The notes under the pieces: generated by a model
The model's database searches: none
The model's input: the letters and a program-made list of their open reading frames with translations, nothing else
What the model was told of the DNA's origin: nothing
Part shown: piece after piece, positions 39,807-49,704 of the stretch
How the letters are laid out: every line of letters begins with the position of its first letter
Position numbering within the stretch: the first letter of the stretch is position 1
Program-made: the position numbers and the translations under genes
Source of the DNA: Candidatus Multivoradales bacterium
Lineage (GTDB): Bacteria; Acidobacteriota; Thermoanaerobaculia; Multivoradales; J023
NCBI GenBank assembly: GCA_965248925.1
Contig: CBDFLE010000006.1
Span: forward strand, 800,001 to 864,000
Direction: 5' to 3'
Length of the DNA: 64,000 nt

Positions 39807-42200
39807 TCAAATGTCCGGTTGAGCCTCTCCGGAGGTGTTCCGAGGCCCTGGGAAGGCCAGGCTCCGGGGTGGCGCCTTCTTGATCGCGAACCGCATCCGT
39901 AGCTCGGTGCCGGGGAAGTGGGTGGCGGTAGCGTTGAGTTCTTCGCAGACGGCGGCGATCGCCGCCGTCTTGTGGGGAGAGCTGAGCGGGTCGATGGAAA
40001 GGAGCAGCACGGTGTCGGTAACCTCCATATCGCCGCCGGCCGCGAAAGCGCTTTGGATCAGGGTGCGTCCCTCCTGCTCGGTGCGGCGGTAGTGGGGTGA
40101 TAGGAGCCGGAGAAGATCACCTTCGGCCTGGTAGGCGACCATCTTGAGAATATCGGTGAGGTGCTTGCGCTCGACGGACAGCTTGATGACATCCGCTTCG
40201 ACGACCTCTTGGACGGGGACGCGGACGGGGAGGGTCGCGCGCTGGTTCTCGAGTTCGGTGATCTGCTCTATCGCTGCCCGGACCCTGGCGGAGATGGCGG
40301 CGTTGGCGATCTTGAATCCGCGCATCGTGCGCCGCCGATCCTCGCGGTTTTCAAGAGCAGCGATCCCGATGTGGGCCCGGAGCTGCTCGAGATGTGCGTG
40401 AGCTTTGCGCAGCTCTGCATTGATCTTGCCGCGCTCGGGATTCGGCACATCGCGGGCAGCGTCCGCTGGCTCGGTGCCATAGTCCACCAGGGCATCGAGT
40501 GCGAATTCTTCGCGCAGGTATTTGAAGAAGTTCTCTTGCCTCCAACGATCGAACATGCGGTAGGCGACCTCGAGTGTGGAGAGGTCGCGGCGGGAGGTGA
40601 TGATGGACGTCTGGTGGCCGTTGTCGCAGAGGCGGGTGACCTGGCGCAGGTACAGCCGCTTGCGCTTCTTCCTCGGGCCATACTCGAGGTAGATACGCTG
40701 ATCGGCGAGGAGGTACTCGAGCTTCCGCCCGTGGATCGTGTCCTTGATCTGCCCGAACTTGCTCAACGGCACCGGACGAAAGGGGGCCTTTCGGTATGTG
40801 AGGATGTCGAACTTCTTGGCGATGAGCTTCGCAAACAGCTTCGGGCTCCAACCCCCACGGTCGAAGACGACGGTGACTCGCCGGTCTCCGAGTAGCTTTC
40901 GTACCTCTTCGAGAATGAGGGGAAGCATCGTCGCAAGCCCCTTGTTGGCCTCGGTGGGGACCACGAAGAGAGGCTCGCTCTCAGCATCGTTGACCCAGTA
41001 GTCGGTGGTGGCCGGCATCGCGATCCGCATCCGCGCTACGTGTGTCTTGGGAATCTCTCGGCCACCGTGGTAGGCGCGCACATGCCCGTCCACGTAGAGG
41101 AAGCCCATGGCATGGCCCCTGGTGGCGACCCGGCGCTGAGCGAGGGCGCGACCGAGATCCGCGGCCAGGCCATGCGCGGCCAGCCGAGCGAGCTTGTTGC
41201 GCAAGGTTTTCACTTCCGGCGCTCGGTCGAGCCCGAGAAGCTGACCCAAATGCCGGGGTGAGCGCTCCTTGAGCCCTTCGGGTCGCTTGACCCGCAACAG
41301 TGCCATCAGCAGCAGGGTTACCAGAGTGGTGCGCAGCCCATAGAAGGCCGGCCCGATGCTGCCGTACAGCTCCTGCGCGATGGAGAGCACGCCGCTGTCC
41401 ACCAGGGCGGGAATCGCCAGCAGAGCACCGGCGCCCGGTAGCTGGGTCGCCGCTCCGAAGATCGGCGCCGCATCATCGAGGAATCCCAGCCTCGCCAGCA
41501 GCCGATCGCTGGCGCGATCCGCTGGATCGAGGTCCAGCGAGAGGGGAACCTGATCTTGCTCGGACGCAGAAGCGGACAGTTTTGGGTCCGCAGCCGCTGG
41601 GTCACCGCCACCCTCAGCGTCGAGCGCAAGATCCGCAGTTTTCAGGGGGCCGTCGACCTGCTGCTCATCAGAGGCGGACAGTTTTGGGTCCGCACTCTCG
41701 AAGGGCATCGTCATCTGCACTACCGACCGCTCTTTCCAGCCCAGGCGCTTGGCGAGCTTGCGAACGGCCTTCTCATCGATGCCCAGCCGCCGGCCAATCT
41801 CGCGATTCGACACACCCTCGGCCTTCCAGCCGTTGACCGCGTCCAGGCGGCCCTGCGCTACCCGAGACTGACCCCGGGGAAAACCGCGCGGCCGGCCCAG
41901 AGCAGCCAGCCCACCTTCTTCGAAGCGGCGCTGATTCCGGCGCACAGTCCGCACATCACAAGCGAACGCAAGGGCCACCTCGCGTTGCTGTGCCCAGCCC
42001 AATTCAACGAGACTCACCATCGCGTGGGCCTCGCCTGTCCTGTCGCCGGCAGCGAAGTGAGCGAGCGGCATGCCGCTGACCACCACCACCCGATAGCCGC
42101 CCCTCTGCTGGAGGCGGCAGCGGTCGTTGATCACCACAACCCCATCGGGGACCCCGGCGTGGTCTGGGAACAGGACGGTGTGCTCGCTCGTCAGTGCCAT
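39807..42200 (-). CDS. 797-aa DDE transposase with two N-terminal HTHs
   Basis: APEVKTLR, YVDGH, FDRGG and RWRQENFFK motifs. Confidence 0.88.
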   Translation of the reverse strand: MALTSEHTVLFPDHAGVPDGVVVINDRCRLQQRGGYRVVVVSGMPLAHFAAGDRTGEAHAMVSLVELGWAQQREVALAFACDVRTVRRNQRRFEEGGLAALGRPRGFPRGQSRVAQGRLDAVNGWKAEGVSNREIGRRLGIDEKAVRKLAKRLGWKERSVVQMTMPFESADPKLSASDEQQVDGPLKTADLALDAEGGGDPAAADPKLSASASEQDQVPLSLDLDPADRASDRLLARLGFLDDAAPIFGAATQLPGAGALLAIPALVDSGVLSIAQELYGSIGPAFYGLRTTLVTLLLMALLRVKRPEGLKERSPRHLGQLLGLDRAPEVKTLRNKLARLAAHGLAADLGRALAQRRVATRGHAMGFLYVDGHVRAYHGGREIPKTHVARMRIAMPATTDYWVNDAESEPLFVVPTEANKGLATMLPLILEEVRKLLGDRRVTVVFDRGGWSPKLFAKLIAKKFDILTYRKAPFRPVPLSKFGQIKDTIHGRKLEYLLADQRIYLEYGPRKKRKRLYLRQVTRLCDNGHQTSIITSRRDLSTLEVAYRMFDRWRQENFFKYLREEFALDALVDYGTEPADAARDVPNPERGKINAELRKAHAHLEQLRAHIGIAALENREDRRRTMRGFKIANAAISARVRAAIEQITELENQRATLPVRVPVQEVVEADVIKLSVERKHLTDILKMVAYQAEGDLLRLLSPHYRRTEQEGRTLIQSAFAAGGDMEVTDTVLLLSIDPLSSPHKTAAIAAVCEELNATATHFPGTELRMRFAIKKAPPRSLAFPGPRNTSGEAQPDI

Positions 42201-42249
42201 GCTCGATCATGCCTCGGCACCGAAAAAAGCGGACAGTTTTGGGTCCGCA
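41572..42249. repeat. Three identical 21-bp quasi-palindromes GCGGACAGTTTTGGGTCCGCA
   Basis: Copies at 41572-41592, 41674-41694 and 42229-42249. Confidence 0.85.
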
Positions 42250-44023
42250 CCACCTCTGAGGGGCGGTCCTGTGTTTTCAGAGGGTTAGGAGGGGTAGGTC
42301 AGGAGGTCTGGAGTCAGCCCGTTCATTGGATCAAAGGGGTCGCGCAGCAGAGGATGGCCGGGCAAGATGCGCTTGAGCCATACGAAGAAGAAGTCGGAAA
42401 GGTCCGCGTAGGGAACCGCAAAGTAGTAAGGCGGATCCGTGAACCAAACCCCGGCGGACTGGTCCGGCAGCGGGTGATCCGTAGCATCGGCGAGTTGAAC
42501 TATCCCTTTTGAAGAGCGCGGTGACGCTTCGACGATTTTGGCAACGATGTCATAACCAGACTTCCAGTTGCCTGGCGCCTTGGCAATGGGAACGACCTCG
42601 GCAAAGTCCCACACCATCGGTAGGGCTTGGCGCCCAAATGTATGCTGCATTTTCTCGGCGGTCGCGTTCCAACGCGTGCAAGACATCCCACTCATGGCAA
42701 CGCGGCTCAACGCGCAGGCCAGTAGTTCCGACATTGCCTGTTCTTCAGTGTCCACCGCGAGTGCAATTATTCTTCCCAAGGTGATCAGTGCCACCTTTTG
42801 CCGTGCCGTGAAAAGGTCGCCCCAGGTATTCACTCCGTAGAGCGGCACGTTGAAGGTCCCGCTCATTAGTGGGAGTGTTTCATCCGGCACCGGGCACAAC
42901 CCCTGCTTACCACTACGTTCCCACTTTGCGAGGATCTCCGCAACACGCCCCTGCGCCTGGCACACTGCCGCGTAGTCACCTGCGGTCGGCAATCGAAAGT
43001 GCCGGCCCTTCTCGCCGGGCCTGAGCGTGACCACCGCCGATATCCTTGCCCCGCCTGTACGATTGCCTTCGGTGTCGAAGACTGCATCCGCGCCGCCGTT
43101 CTGGGCCGAGAGCTGTGCTCGCACCCGCTCCGGCGGAAGCACGCCACCACAGCAAGGGCAGCTCGCCTTGGCGCGGGTCACGGTGCCCGGCGCAACTTCC
43201 TTGTCGCTAGAGGGTTGGAAGATCTCGAATTCCACCCGCGGCGGCTGGCCCTTTGGTCGTACCGCCCTGATGCGTAGCGCCTGCCCACAAACAGCCTTCT
43301 TCTTGCATAGCCACAGCGAACGCAAGAGCGGAATCTCCGTCCCACAGTTGGGCGACTCGCACCGAACCGTCCGTGCCCAGAGATAGGCGATCGGCGTCGA
43401 ACCATCAGAGTCGGCCGGGTAGAGGGCACCCAGTTGCTTACCAGCAGCTTCGTTGATCTCGTCGCCTACTTTGCGCAGCTTCTTTGCCAGCTCTGGTCCA
43501 TGGTGTGGAATGCTCTTTAAGAGTACCTTGAGGATTAAGCAGGCTACGGGATTGAGATCGGTAGCGAAGGCCTCACAAGCAAGCCGCAATGCCTCCAGCG
43601 GGATCGATCCACCGCCGGAGAAGGGATCAACCACCAACGGTGTTTCCTCCGGGTGGGCGGCGCGGATAAGGTTGCGAGCGACCTTGAGATAGATAGGGTG
43701 AGAGGACATGTCCCAGCTGGCGAACGATCCGATGAACCAGAGTAGAGCTCTCTGAAGCTCTACGTCACCCGTGGGCGCCTGCCGCACTTCGCCCAAAACC
43801 CGCCGTGCCTGAATCTTGAACTCCTCCGGGCAGTGAGTGTCACACGGGTCGGGCAACAGTAGCGCCATTAGCACAGCCCGCGAAGACGCCAGTGGTCGCC
43901 GCGCCCACCACAGGTGCAACATCGAGGGATGTCCCTTTGGTCCCGACTTCCCCCGCGCCGCGTGCTTCGAAACCTCGGCGATCGGAAAGTCGACTTCGGC
44001 CAAGCGTTTGCACTGCTTGGGGA

Positions 44024-45169
44024 TCACTCGGCGTCTCCTTCAAGCAAGGCGGCTCGGCGCTCCTCGAGCACGGCCCGCGTCCGCTCGATCTCGGCGATCA
44101 GCTCGGTCTCATCGGGCAAGGCCGTGCGGTACTCCGCGGCCATGACTTGGTTGGGCAGACCCTCCAGTGCGTAATGTGCCACGGCGGCATCTCGTTCGGC
44201 GCACAGGATCAAGCCCACCGGCGGGTTCTCGCCCGCGTGGGTCCAGTGCTGGCGGGCGTAGTTGAGATACAGGTGCATCTGCCCCGCGTCGGCGTGGGTG
44301 AAGGCCCCAATCTTTAGGTCGATGACCACCAGGCAGCGCAGCCGCCGGTGGAAGAAGATCAGGTCCACGCGATACCAGGCAGCGCCCACCCGCAGGCGCT
44401 TTTGGCGCCCGATGAAGCAGAAATCGCTGCCGAGTTCCAGCAGGAAGGTTTCCAAATGCTGGATCAGGGCGGCTTCGAGATCGCTCTCGGAGTACTCGTC
44501 CTTGAGGTCGAGAAACTCCAAGACGAAGGGATCCTTGATCGCCTCCTGCGGAGTGACGGCTTCCTCGGGCAGAGCTTTCTGCCCCTTCCCCAGCATGGTC
44601 GCCTTGTCCTTCGACAGAGCCGTGCGCTCGTAGAACTGAGAGTCGATCTGGCGTTTCAGTTGGCGCACCGACCAGCCGCCGCGCAGGGCCTCGGTTTCGT
44701 AGAAACGGCGAGCGTTTTCGTTCTTGACCGAGAGCAGGCGCACATAGGCAGACCAGGGCAGAACAAAGCGGGATTCCTTGCCTGTGGGAGCCAATTCCGC
44801 AGACGACGTCGGCAGAATGTTCCTGGGCCGGGATTCTGCAGACGGTGTCTGCGCAATCCCGCGCCCCTCGGCCTCCGGCCAGGCCAGATAAAAGGCCTTC
44901 ATGTGCCAGAGGTTGCGGACCGAGAAACCCCGCCCATAGCGCGCCGACAAATCGGCGGAGAGACGCTCGACCAGCTGGTCCCTATAGCCGGCACGCTCTT
45001 GCCCACTCTGGTCATGCTCGACAATCCGTTGGCCGATGAGCCAGTAGGCCGTGGTCATGACCGAGTTGACCGTGTGGGCCACCGAGTTTCTGGCCTCTTG
45101 GACAACTCTTGCGAGATCAGCCAGAATCGCCTCGTAGCCATCCTGCTTCGACACGGGTTGGTTCGTCAT
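44024..45169 (-). CDS. YhcG/DUF1016 PD-(D/E)XK nuclease-family protein
   Basis: YWLIG, GRGFS..NL, LPWSAY, KDPFVLEFL, DL.FFHR.L, GQMHLY and PVGLILC motifs. Confidence 0.92.
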   Translation of the reverse strand: MTNQPVSKQDGYEAILADLARVVQEARNSVAHTVNSVMTTAYWLIGQRIVEHDQSGQERAGYRDQLVERLSADLSARYGRGFSVRNLWHMKAFYLAWPEAEGRGIAQTPSAESRPRNILPTSSAELAPTGKESRFVLPWSAYVRLLSVKNENARRFYETEALRGGWSVRQLKRQIDSQFYERTALSKDKATMLGKGQKALPEEAVTPQEAIKDPFVLEFLDLKDEYSESDLEAALIQHLETFLLELGSDFCFIGRQKRLRVGAAWYRVDLIFFHRRLRCLVVIDLKIGAFTHADAGQMHLYLNYARQHWTHAGENPPVGLILCAERDAAVAHYALEGLPNQVMAAEYRTALPDETELIAEIERTRAVLEERRAALLEGDAE

Positions 45170-48100
45170 CCTCCGTCCCCGTAAGTCGATCGATCCTCGC
45201 AGACCTCCATCGGTTGGGTCATCGCATCCACTTTCAAGTAGTAGTGCTGCACCTTGCGGACCTCATGCCAGTCGTACTGAATAGGGTCCAGAATGGGCGT
45301 CTGCAAAGTGGGCTCAGTGGCACAGCTAGTGACGACGTAGAGCCAATAACAGTCGCGACGGTCCTCGGCCACACGCTTCTCGTTGGGCGACCAGAGGATG
45401 GTACCGGTGGCTGCGGCGAGGCCTTTGACCTCGATCAGGCGGATCTCGCCGGATCGCGTGTCGAGGCTGGTGATGTCGTAGCCAAGGTTCTTGGCGCTGA
45501 CGTCCTTCACTTGGCAGCCGCGGTCTCGCTCGTGCTCAATGACGACCGACATCGCGACAGCCTCGGTCTCGAGATTGGGGCGGAGATTCTTGACCTCGCT
45601 CGACTCGCGCTCAGGATGGGGCAAGACCAGCACGCAGGTGAGCCGCTCTACCGCCTGTAACGACAGCGCGCGCTGGCGTCCGAGCTCCTGGCGGCGACGC
45701 TCGCGGCGAGAGAGCAGCTCGGCGTGGCGATTCTCTGCCTTGACCAGACGGCCTTCGGCACCTTGTTTGCCTTCCTCCACCTCGCTAGCAGCGCGGCCAA
45801 TCTCATCGTCGGTGCGCTGCAGCAGCTCGGTGAGCGAGAGCTCGACGTGCTCAGCAATGCACTCGACCTCATTGAGACGCTCCGCTCGAGTCTCCTCGAG
45901 GAAAGGCGTCAGGGCGTTCTCTTGCAGCCAGTCAACGGGATCAGCGGCGGCGGCAATGGAGGGTAGCTCGGCAGGTGCTTCGGCGGGGCTGAAGTTGCCC
46001 AGCGCACTCGGCTCGCGGAGTTCTGGTTCGCCGTTGTCGCAGAGTTCCACGGCGAACAGGTTCTCATGCACGATCCGGCCCAGTCCGTCCACCACACGGG
46101 CGCGGTAGAAGTCGATGCGCGCCGGCTCGTCGTGGGAGAGTGAATGGAAACAGGCGCCGTGGGCGAAGGGTTCCATGGCGCACGCGCGGGTGTGGCGGCG
46201 GATCGACTCGAAGAGCGGGTGGCCGGGGGTGACCCACTCCAGATGGTGCTCGTCCGCGGTCTCGCGGTCGGTGGAGCAGCGGGGGTAGTGGTTGGCGAGC
46301 TCGGGGAGCTTCCAGTCCTCCTCGCGCTCGTAGCGGCGCAGAACGCCAGGCGTGCGGGACGGCTCGAAGGTGTGAGGCAAGCTCTCGATGGGTTTGAGAT
46401 TGAGCGGCACGAACTCGGCCGCCTCGCGGATGAAGCGGGCGATGCTCTCCGGCACCAGGCGGCGCTCCTGGGCACGGGCACGGCGCTCGACCAGCATCTC
46501 CAGGTTGAGCTTCTTGGCGGCGAGGCCCTCCAGGGCGCTTTGGCAGATGGCACGGAAGCGGCTTTCGTCCACGTCTTTCAGGAGCCGATCCTCGAGGTCC
46601 TCGTCGCCGAGCTTGCCTGCGTAATAGTCGCGCAGCACGCGCTCGACGTGGGATGCGGGCAGCACCTCGCCTACGACGTTGAAGACACTGTCGTCGTCCA
46701 GTGCGTCGCGGATCTCCTGCAGCTTGTCGAGCAGGCGCCGCAGGACCCTGCCCTCGATGGTGTTGGTAGCGACGAAGTTGAAGATCAGGCAATCCTCGAG
46801 CTGGCCGTAGCGATGGATGCGCCCCATGCGCTGCTCGAGGCGGTTTGGGTTCCAGGGGATGTCGTAGTTGAAGAGGATGTTGCAGCACTGCAGGTTGATG
46901 CCCTCGCCCGCGGCCTCGGTAGCGACCAGAACCTGGATCTCCCCTTCGCGGAACTGCTGCTCGGTGAAGATGCGCGTCCCAGGCTGGTCGCGCGAGCCGG
47001 GCTTCATACCTCCGTGGATGACGCCGACGCGGAAACCCCATGATTCCAGGTTCTCGACCAGGTAATACAGAGTGTCCTTGAACTCGGTGAAGAGCAGCAG
47101 GCGCCGGTCGGGATGGTCGAAGAAACCCTCGCTCTCGAGCAAGGCTCTCAACTTAACAAGCTTGGCCTCGGCGCCGCTCTGCTCGACGCCTTCGGCCTCT
47201 TCCGCCAGCTCACGTAGCTCGGCGATCTCCTGGTGAACCTGGTCGGCGTTACCTGCCAGGGTGACGGCCTCGAGTAGGCGTTCGAGCTGCTCGCGCTCGG
47301 CATCTTCCATCTCTTCGATCTCTTCCCAATCGGGCAAGTCCGGAGCAGCGGTGCTGGCAAGGCTCTGAGCCTCCTTCAACCCCTTGTCGAGCCGTTTGGC
47401 ACGGTTCTCGAGACTGCGCCGCATGGCGCGGGTGCTGGAGGCGAGGCGGCGCTGGTAGAGGGCCATCAGAAAGCCGACGGCCCGAGCGCGTGGGTCGTCA
47501 CTCTGGGCCGCGGCGCGGGCGCTCTGACGTTTCACGAAGCGGGTAATCTCGCGGTACAGCTCGAACTCTTCGCCATCGATGGTGAAGGCCACCGTGTGCG
47601 GGATGCGCCTGGTGAAGATCTTGCGGGCTTCCCAGGTTCCGTCGTCGCCTCGCTCGGGGAAGTAGACCATCGCCTCCTTGGTGCGGCGCAGGTAGAAGGG
47701 CGCGCGCTGGCGGCTCATGGCCTCGCGAATCGAGCGCACGTCGGCGTATGCATCTCGGTCGAGGAGCTGCAAGAAGAGGGTGAAATTGACCGGATCCCCC
47801 TTGTGGGGCGTGGCGGTGAGCAGCAGGTAGTGGTCGGATGTGTCGCGCAGCAGCTCGCCCAGCTTGTAGCGCAGGCTCTTATGCGTCGCGTCGCGGGCCG
47901 ACATGCGGTGGGCCTCGTCGACGATGACGAGATCCCAGTGGACCTGGCGTAGCCCGGGCAGGACGTCGTCTCGCTTGGCGAGGTCAAGGGAAGTGATGAC
48001 CTTCTTCTGCTCGATCCACAGGTTGACACCGAACTGATCGCGCAGGTCGCTGCCCTTGAGCACCAGGAACTTTTCGTCGAATTTCTCCTTGAGCTCGCGC

Positions 48101-48600
48101 TGCCACTGGAAGGCGAGGTTGGCGGGAGCGACGATGAGGATGCGCTCGGCGAGACCGCGCAGCTGCAGCTCGCGGATGAGGAGTCCCGCCATGATGGTCT
48201 TGCCTGCGCCCGCGTCATCGGCGAGCAGAAAGCGGACCCTGGCGAGCTTCAACAGATGGTCGTAAACAGCCTCGAGTTGGTGAGGAAGAGGATCGACCCT
48301 GGAAATCGACAGACCAAAGTAGGGGTCGAATTCCCAAGCAATTCCGAGGGCAAATGCCTGTAGGCCGAGACGCAGAAGCCTACCGTCGCCATCGTAGCCA
48401 AATCCCGGCTGGTAAATGGAAAGGGAGGCGAGATCCTCCGCTGTCAGCTTGACTTTGCGAAAAAGCTCAGTCCGGGTACCAACGAGGCCAGCCATCCAGG
48501 AACCATCGGCACACTCGCGCACGGTCTCTACTCGCATCGGTTCGCTGAATAGGGCCCCTTCGAGGATCTGGGATTCCTGGAGAAAGCAAGCAATACTCAT
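45166..48600 (-). CDS. SNF2-family helicase with C-terminal DUF3883 (NOV_C) nuclease
   Basis: LADDAGAGKT, DEAH, TATPH, EGINLQ, EQRMGRIHRYGQ; GYDI...IEVKG...SPNE. Confidence 0.92.
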   Translation of the reverse strand: MSIACFLQESQILEGALFSEPMRVETVRECADGSWMAGLVGTRTELFRKVKLTAEDLASLSIYQPGFGYDGDGRLLRLGLQAFALGIAWEFDPYFGLSISRVDPLPHQLEAVYDHLLKLARVRFLLADDAGAGKTIMAGLLIRELQLRGLAERILIVAPANLAFQWQRELKEKFDEKFLVLKGSDLRDQFGVNLWIEQKKVITSLDLAKRDDVLPGLRQVHWDLVIVDEAHRMSARDATHKSLRYKLGELLRDTSDHYLLLTATPHKGDPVNFTLFLQLLDRDAYADVRSIREAMSRQRAPFYLRRTKEAMVYFPERGDDGTWEARKIFTRRIPHTVAFTIDGEEFELYREITRFVKRQSARAAAQSDDPRARAVGFLMALYQRRLASSTRAMRRSLENRAKRLDKGLKEAQSLASTAAPDLPDWEEIEEMEDAEREQLERLLEAVTLAGNADQVHQEIAELRELAEEAEGVEQSGAEAKLVKLRALLESEGFFDHPDRRLLLFTEFKDTLYYLVENLESWGFRVGVIHGGMKPGSRDQPGTRIFTEQQFREGEIQVLVATEAAGEGINLQCCNILFNYDIPWNPNRLEQRMGRIHRYGQLEDCLIFNFVATNTIEGRVLRRLLDKLQEIRDALDDDSVFNVVGEVLPASHVERVLRDYYAGKLGDEDLEDRLLKDVDESRFRAICQSALEGLAAKKLNLEMLVERRARAQERRLVPESIARFIREAAEFVPLNLKPIESLPHTFEPSRTPGVLRRYEREEDWKLPELANHYPRCSTDRETADEHHLEWVTPGHPLFESIRRHTRACAMEPFAHGACFHSLSHDEPARIDFYRARVVDGLGRIVHENLFAVELCDNGEPELREPSALGNFSPAEAPAELPSIAAAADPVDWLQENALTPFLEETRAERLNEVECIAEHVELSLTELLQRTDDEIGRAASEVEEGKQGAEGRLVKAENRHAELLSRRERRRQELGRQRALSLQAVERLTCVLVLPHPERESSEVKNLRPNLETEAVAMSVVIEHERDRGCQVKDVSAKNLGYDITSLDTRSGEIRLIEVKGLAAATGTILWSPNEKRVAEDRRDCYWLYVVTSCATEPTLQTPILDPIQYDWHEVRKVQHYYLKVDAMTQPMEVCEDRSTYGDGG

Positions 48601-48624
48601 CCAGAGTCTTCTTCTATCTTACTG

Positions 48625-48786
48625 CTATTCATGTACTCTTTCCGCGGAAGCTGAATAGGGTTCTTCGTACTCCAGCGCTGCAACAAGATCTGCGAGTCTC
48701 ATCTTACTGGAAACGCCAAGGATTCGATCTCGCGCTCCTGGGTCGGCCGTCGTCACCACCGTCTCCTCCACCACACCTCCACTGAA
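48625..48786 (-). pseudogene. Probable 3' remnant of a gene truncated at the island junction
   Basis: Frame is open from the repeat junction to a TAG 24 nt before the SNF2 ATG, with no convincing start or RBS. Confidence 0.4.
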
Positions 48787-49419
48787 ATCGACGGCAAAAA
48801 GCACGAGCCGATGGAAATGCTGGTAATCGACACTCCCGAAGAGCACATCGGCGTGCTGACCCAGAAGCTCGGACCACGCAAAGGCAAGATGCTGAAAATG
48901 GCCAGCTATGGCTCGGGCCGAGTGCGGCTCGAATTCCGGGTACCATCGCGGGGCCTGATCGGCTTCCGCACCGAGTTCCTCACCGACACCCGCGGCACCG
49001 GCATCATGAACCACCGCTTCGACGGCTGGGAGCCCTGGCAGGGAGACATCCCCCACCGCTCCACCGGCTCGCTGGTCGCTGACCGCGCTGGCAAGACCAC
49101 CTCCTACGCGATCGAAAACCTCCAGCCCCGCGGCACCCTGCTGGTCGGTCCCACCACCGAAGTCTACGAAGGCATGATCGTCGGCGAGCACTCCCGTTCC
49201 AACGACCTCGATGTCAACATCACCAAAGAAAAGCGGCTGAGCAACATGCGCTCCTCCACTTCCGACATCTACGAACGCCTGGTCCCCCACCGCCGCTTAA
49301 GCCTCGAACAGGCCCTGGAGATGATCCGCCAAGACGAAGCGGTCGAGGTGACGCCGAAGAGCTTCCGCCTGCGCAAGAAGCTGCTGCGAGCGGTGGATCG
49401 CAAGCGCAAGAATCGCTAA
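48787..49419 (+). pseudogene. typA: Duplicated typA 3' fragment (repeat copy 2)
   Basis: Same as 28963-29594 but ends in TAA instead of TAG; lacks the G domain. Confidence 0.92.
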
Positions 49420-49449
49420 GGGTGGACAGGGCAGCGCCCACAAGACGCC

Positions 49450-49479
49450 TTGCCCATCACACAACGTCTTGTGTAAGCT
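49450..49479 (+). promoter_or_regulatory. vapBC promoter with palindromic operator
   Basis: TTGCCC-18 nt-TAAGCT with ACACAA-cgtc-TTGTGT (49459-49474) in the spacer. Confidence 0.6.
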
Positions 49480-49497
49480 AATGCCGAGGAGGTCACC

Positions 49498-49704
49498 ATG
49501 GCGACGAACTTGGCTTTGGACGACACGCTGATTCAGGAGGCTGTTGAGGTAGGCCATCACCGGTCCAAGAAGGCAGCGGTCACCGCGGCGCTTGATGAGT
49601 ACGTCAAGAGCCGTCGACGGCTGGCCATTCTCGACTGGATGGGTCGCGTCGATTACTACGCCGACTACGATCACAAGCAGCTGCGCCGGGCCAGCTCAGA
49701 GTGA
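49498..49704 (+). CDS. vapB: VapB-family antitoxin
   Basis: MATNLALDDTLI...KKAAVTAAL RHH-like pattern; GAGGAGG RBS; overlaps the PIN gene. Confidence 0.88.
   Translation: MATNLALDDTLIQEAVEVGHHRSKKAAVTAALDEYVKSRRRLAILDWMGRVDYYADYDHKQLRRASSE

Larger units (their letters stand above)
39781..42311 (-). mobile_element. 2531-bp IS with a large DDE transposase (ISNCY-like or unclassified)
   Basis: 20-bp IRs CCAGAMCTCCTGACMTACCC (2 mismatches); 3-bp TSD AGT (39778-39780, 42312-42314). Confidence 0.88.
38548..44027 (-). pseudogene. DUF1156 DNA adenine methyltransferase split by an IS (981 aa rebuilt)
   Basis: HLWWARRP, DPFSGGGSIPLEA and TDPPYY in the N part; FAHKT..GW and SWPI.TE in the C part; GLT|PKA rejoins in frame. 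Confidence 0.9.
29596..48786. mobile_element. ~19-kb defence island bounded by duplicated typA 3' ends, no integrase
   Basis: Flanking 632-bp repeats, co-oriented minus-strand defence genes, two IS elements. Confidence 0.75.

Noticed and set aside
29596-48786. Prophage or ICE interpretation of the island
   Set aside because: No integrase, relaxase, conjugation or virion genes
48811-49419. 202-aa ORF as an independent BipA C-terminal-domain gene
   Set aside because: Exact copy of the typA 3' end with no RBS or divergence; best explained as a recombination by-product
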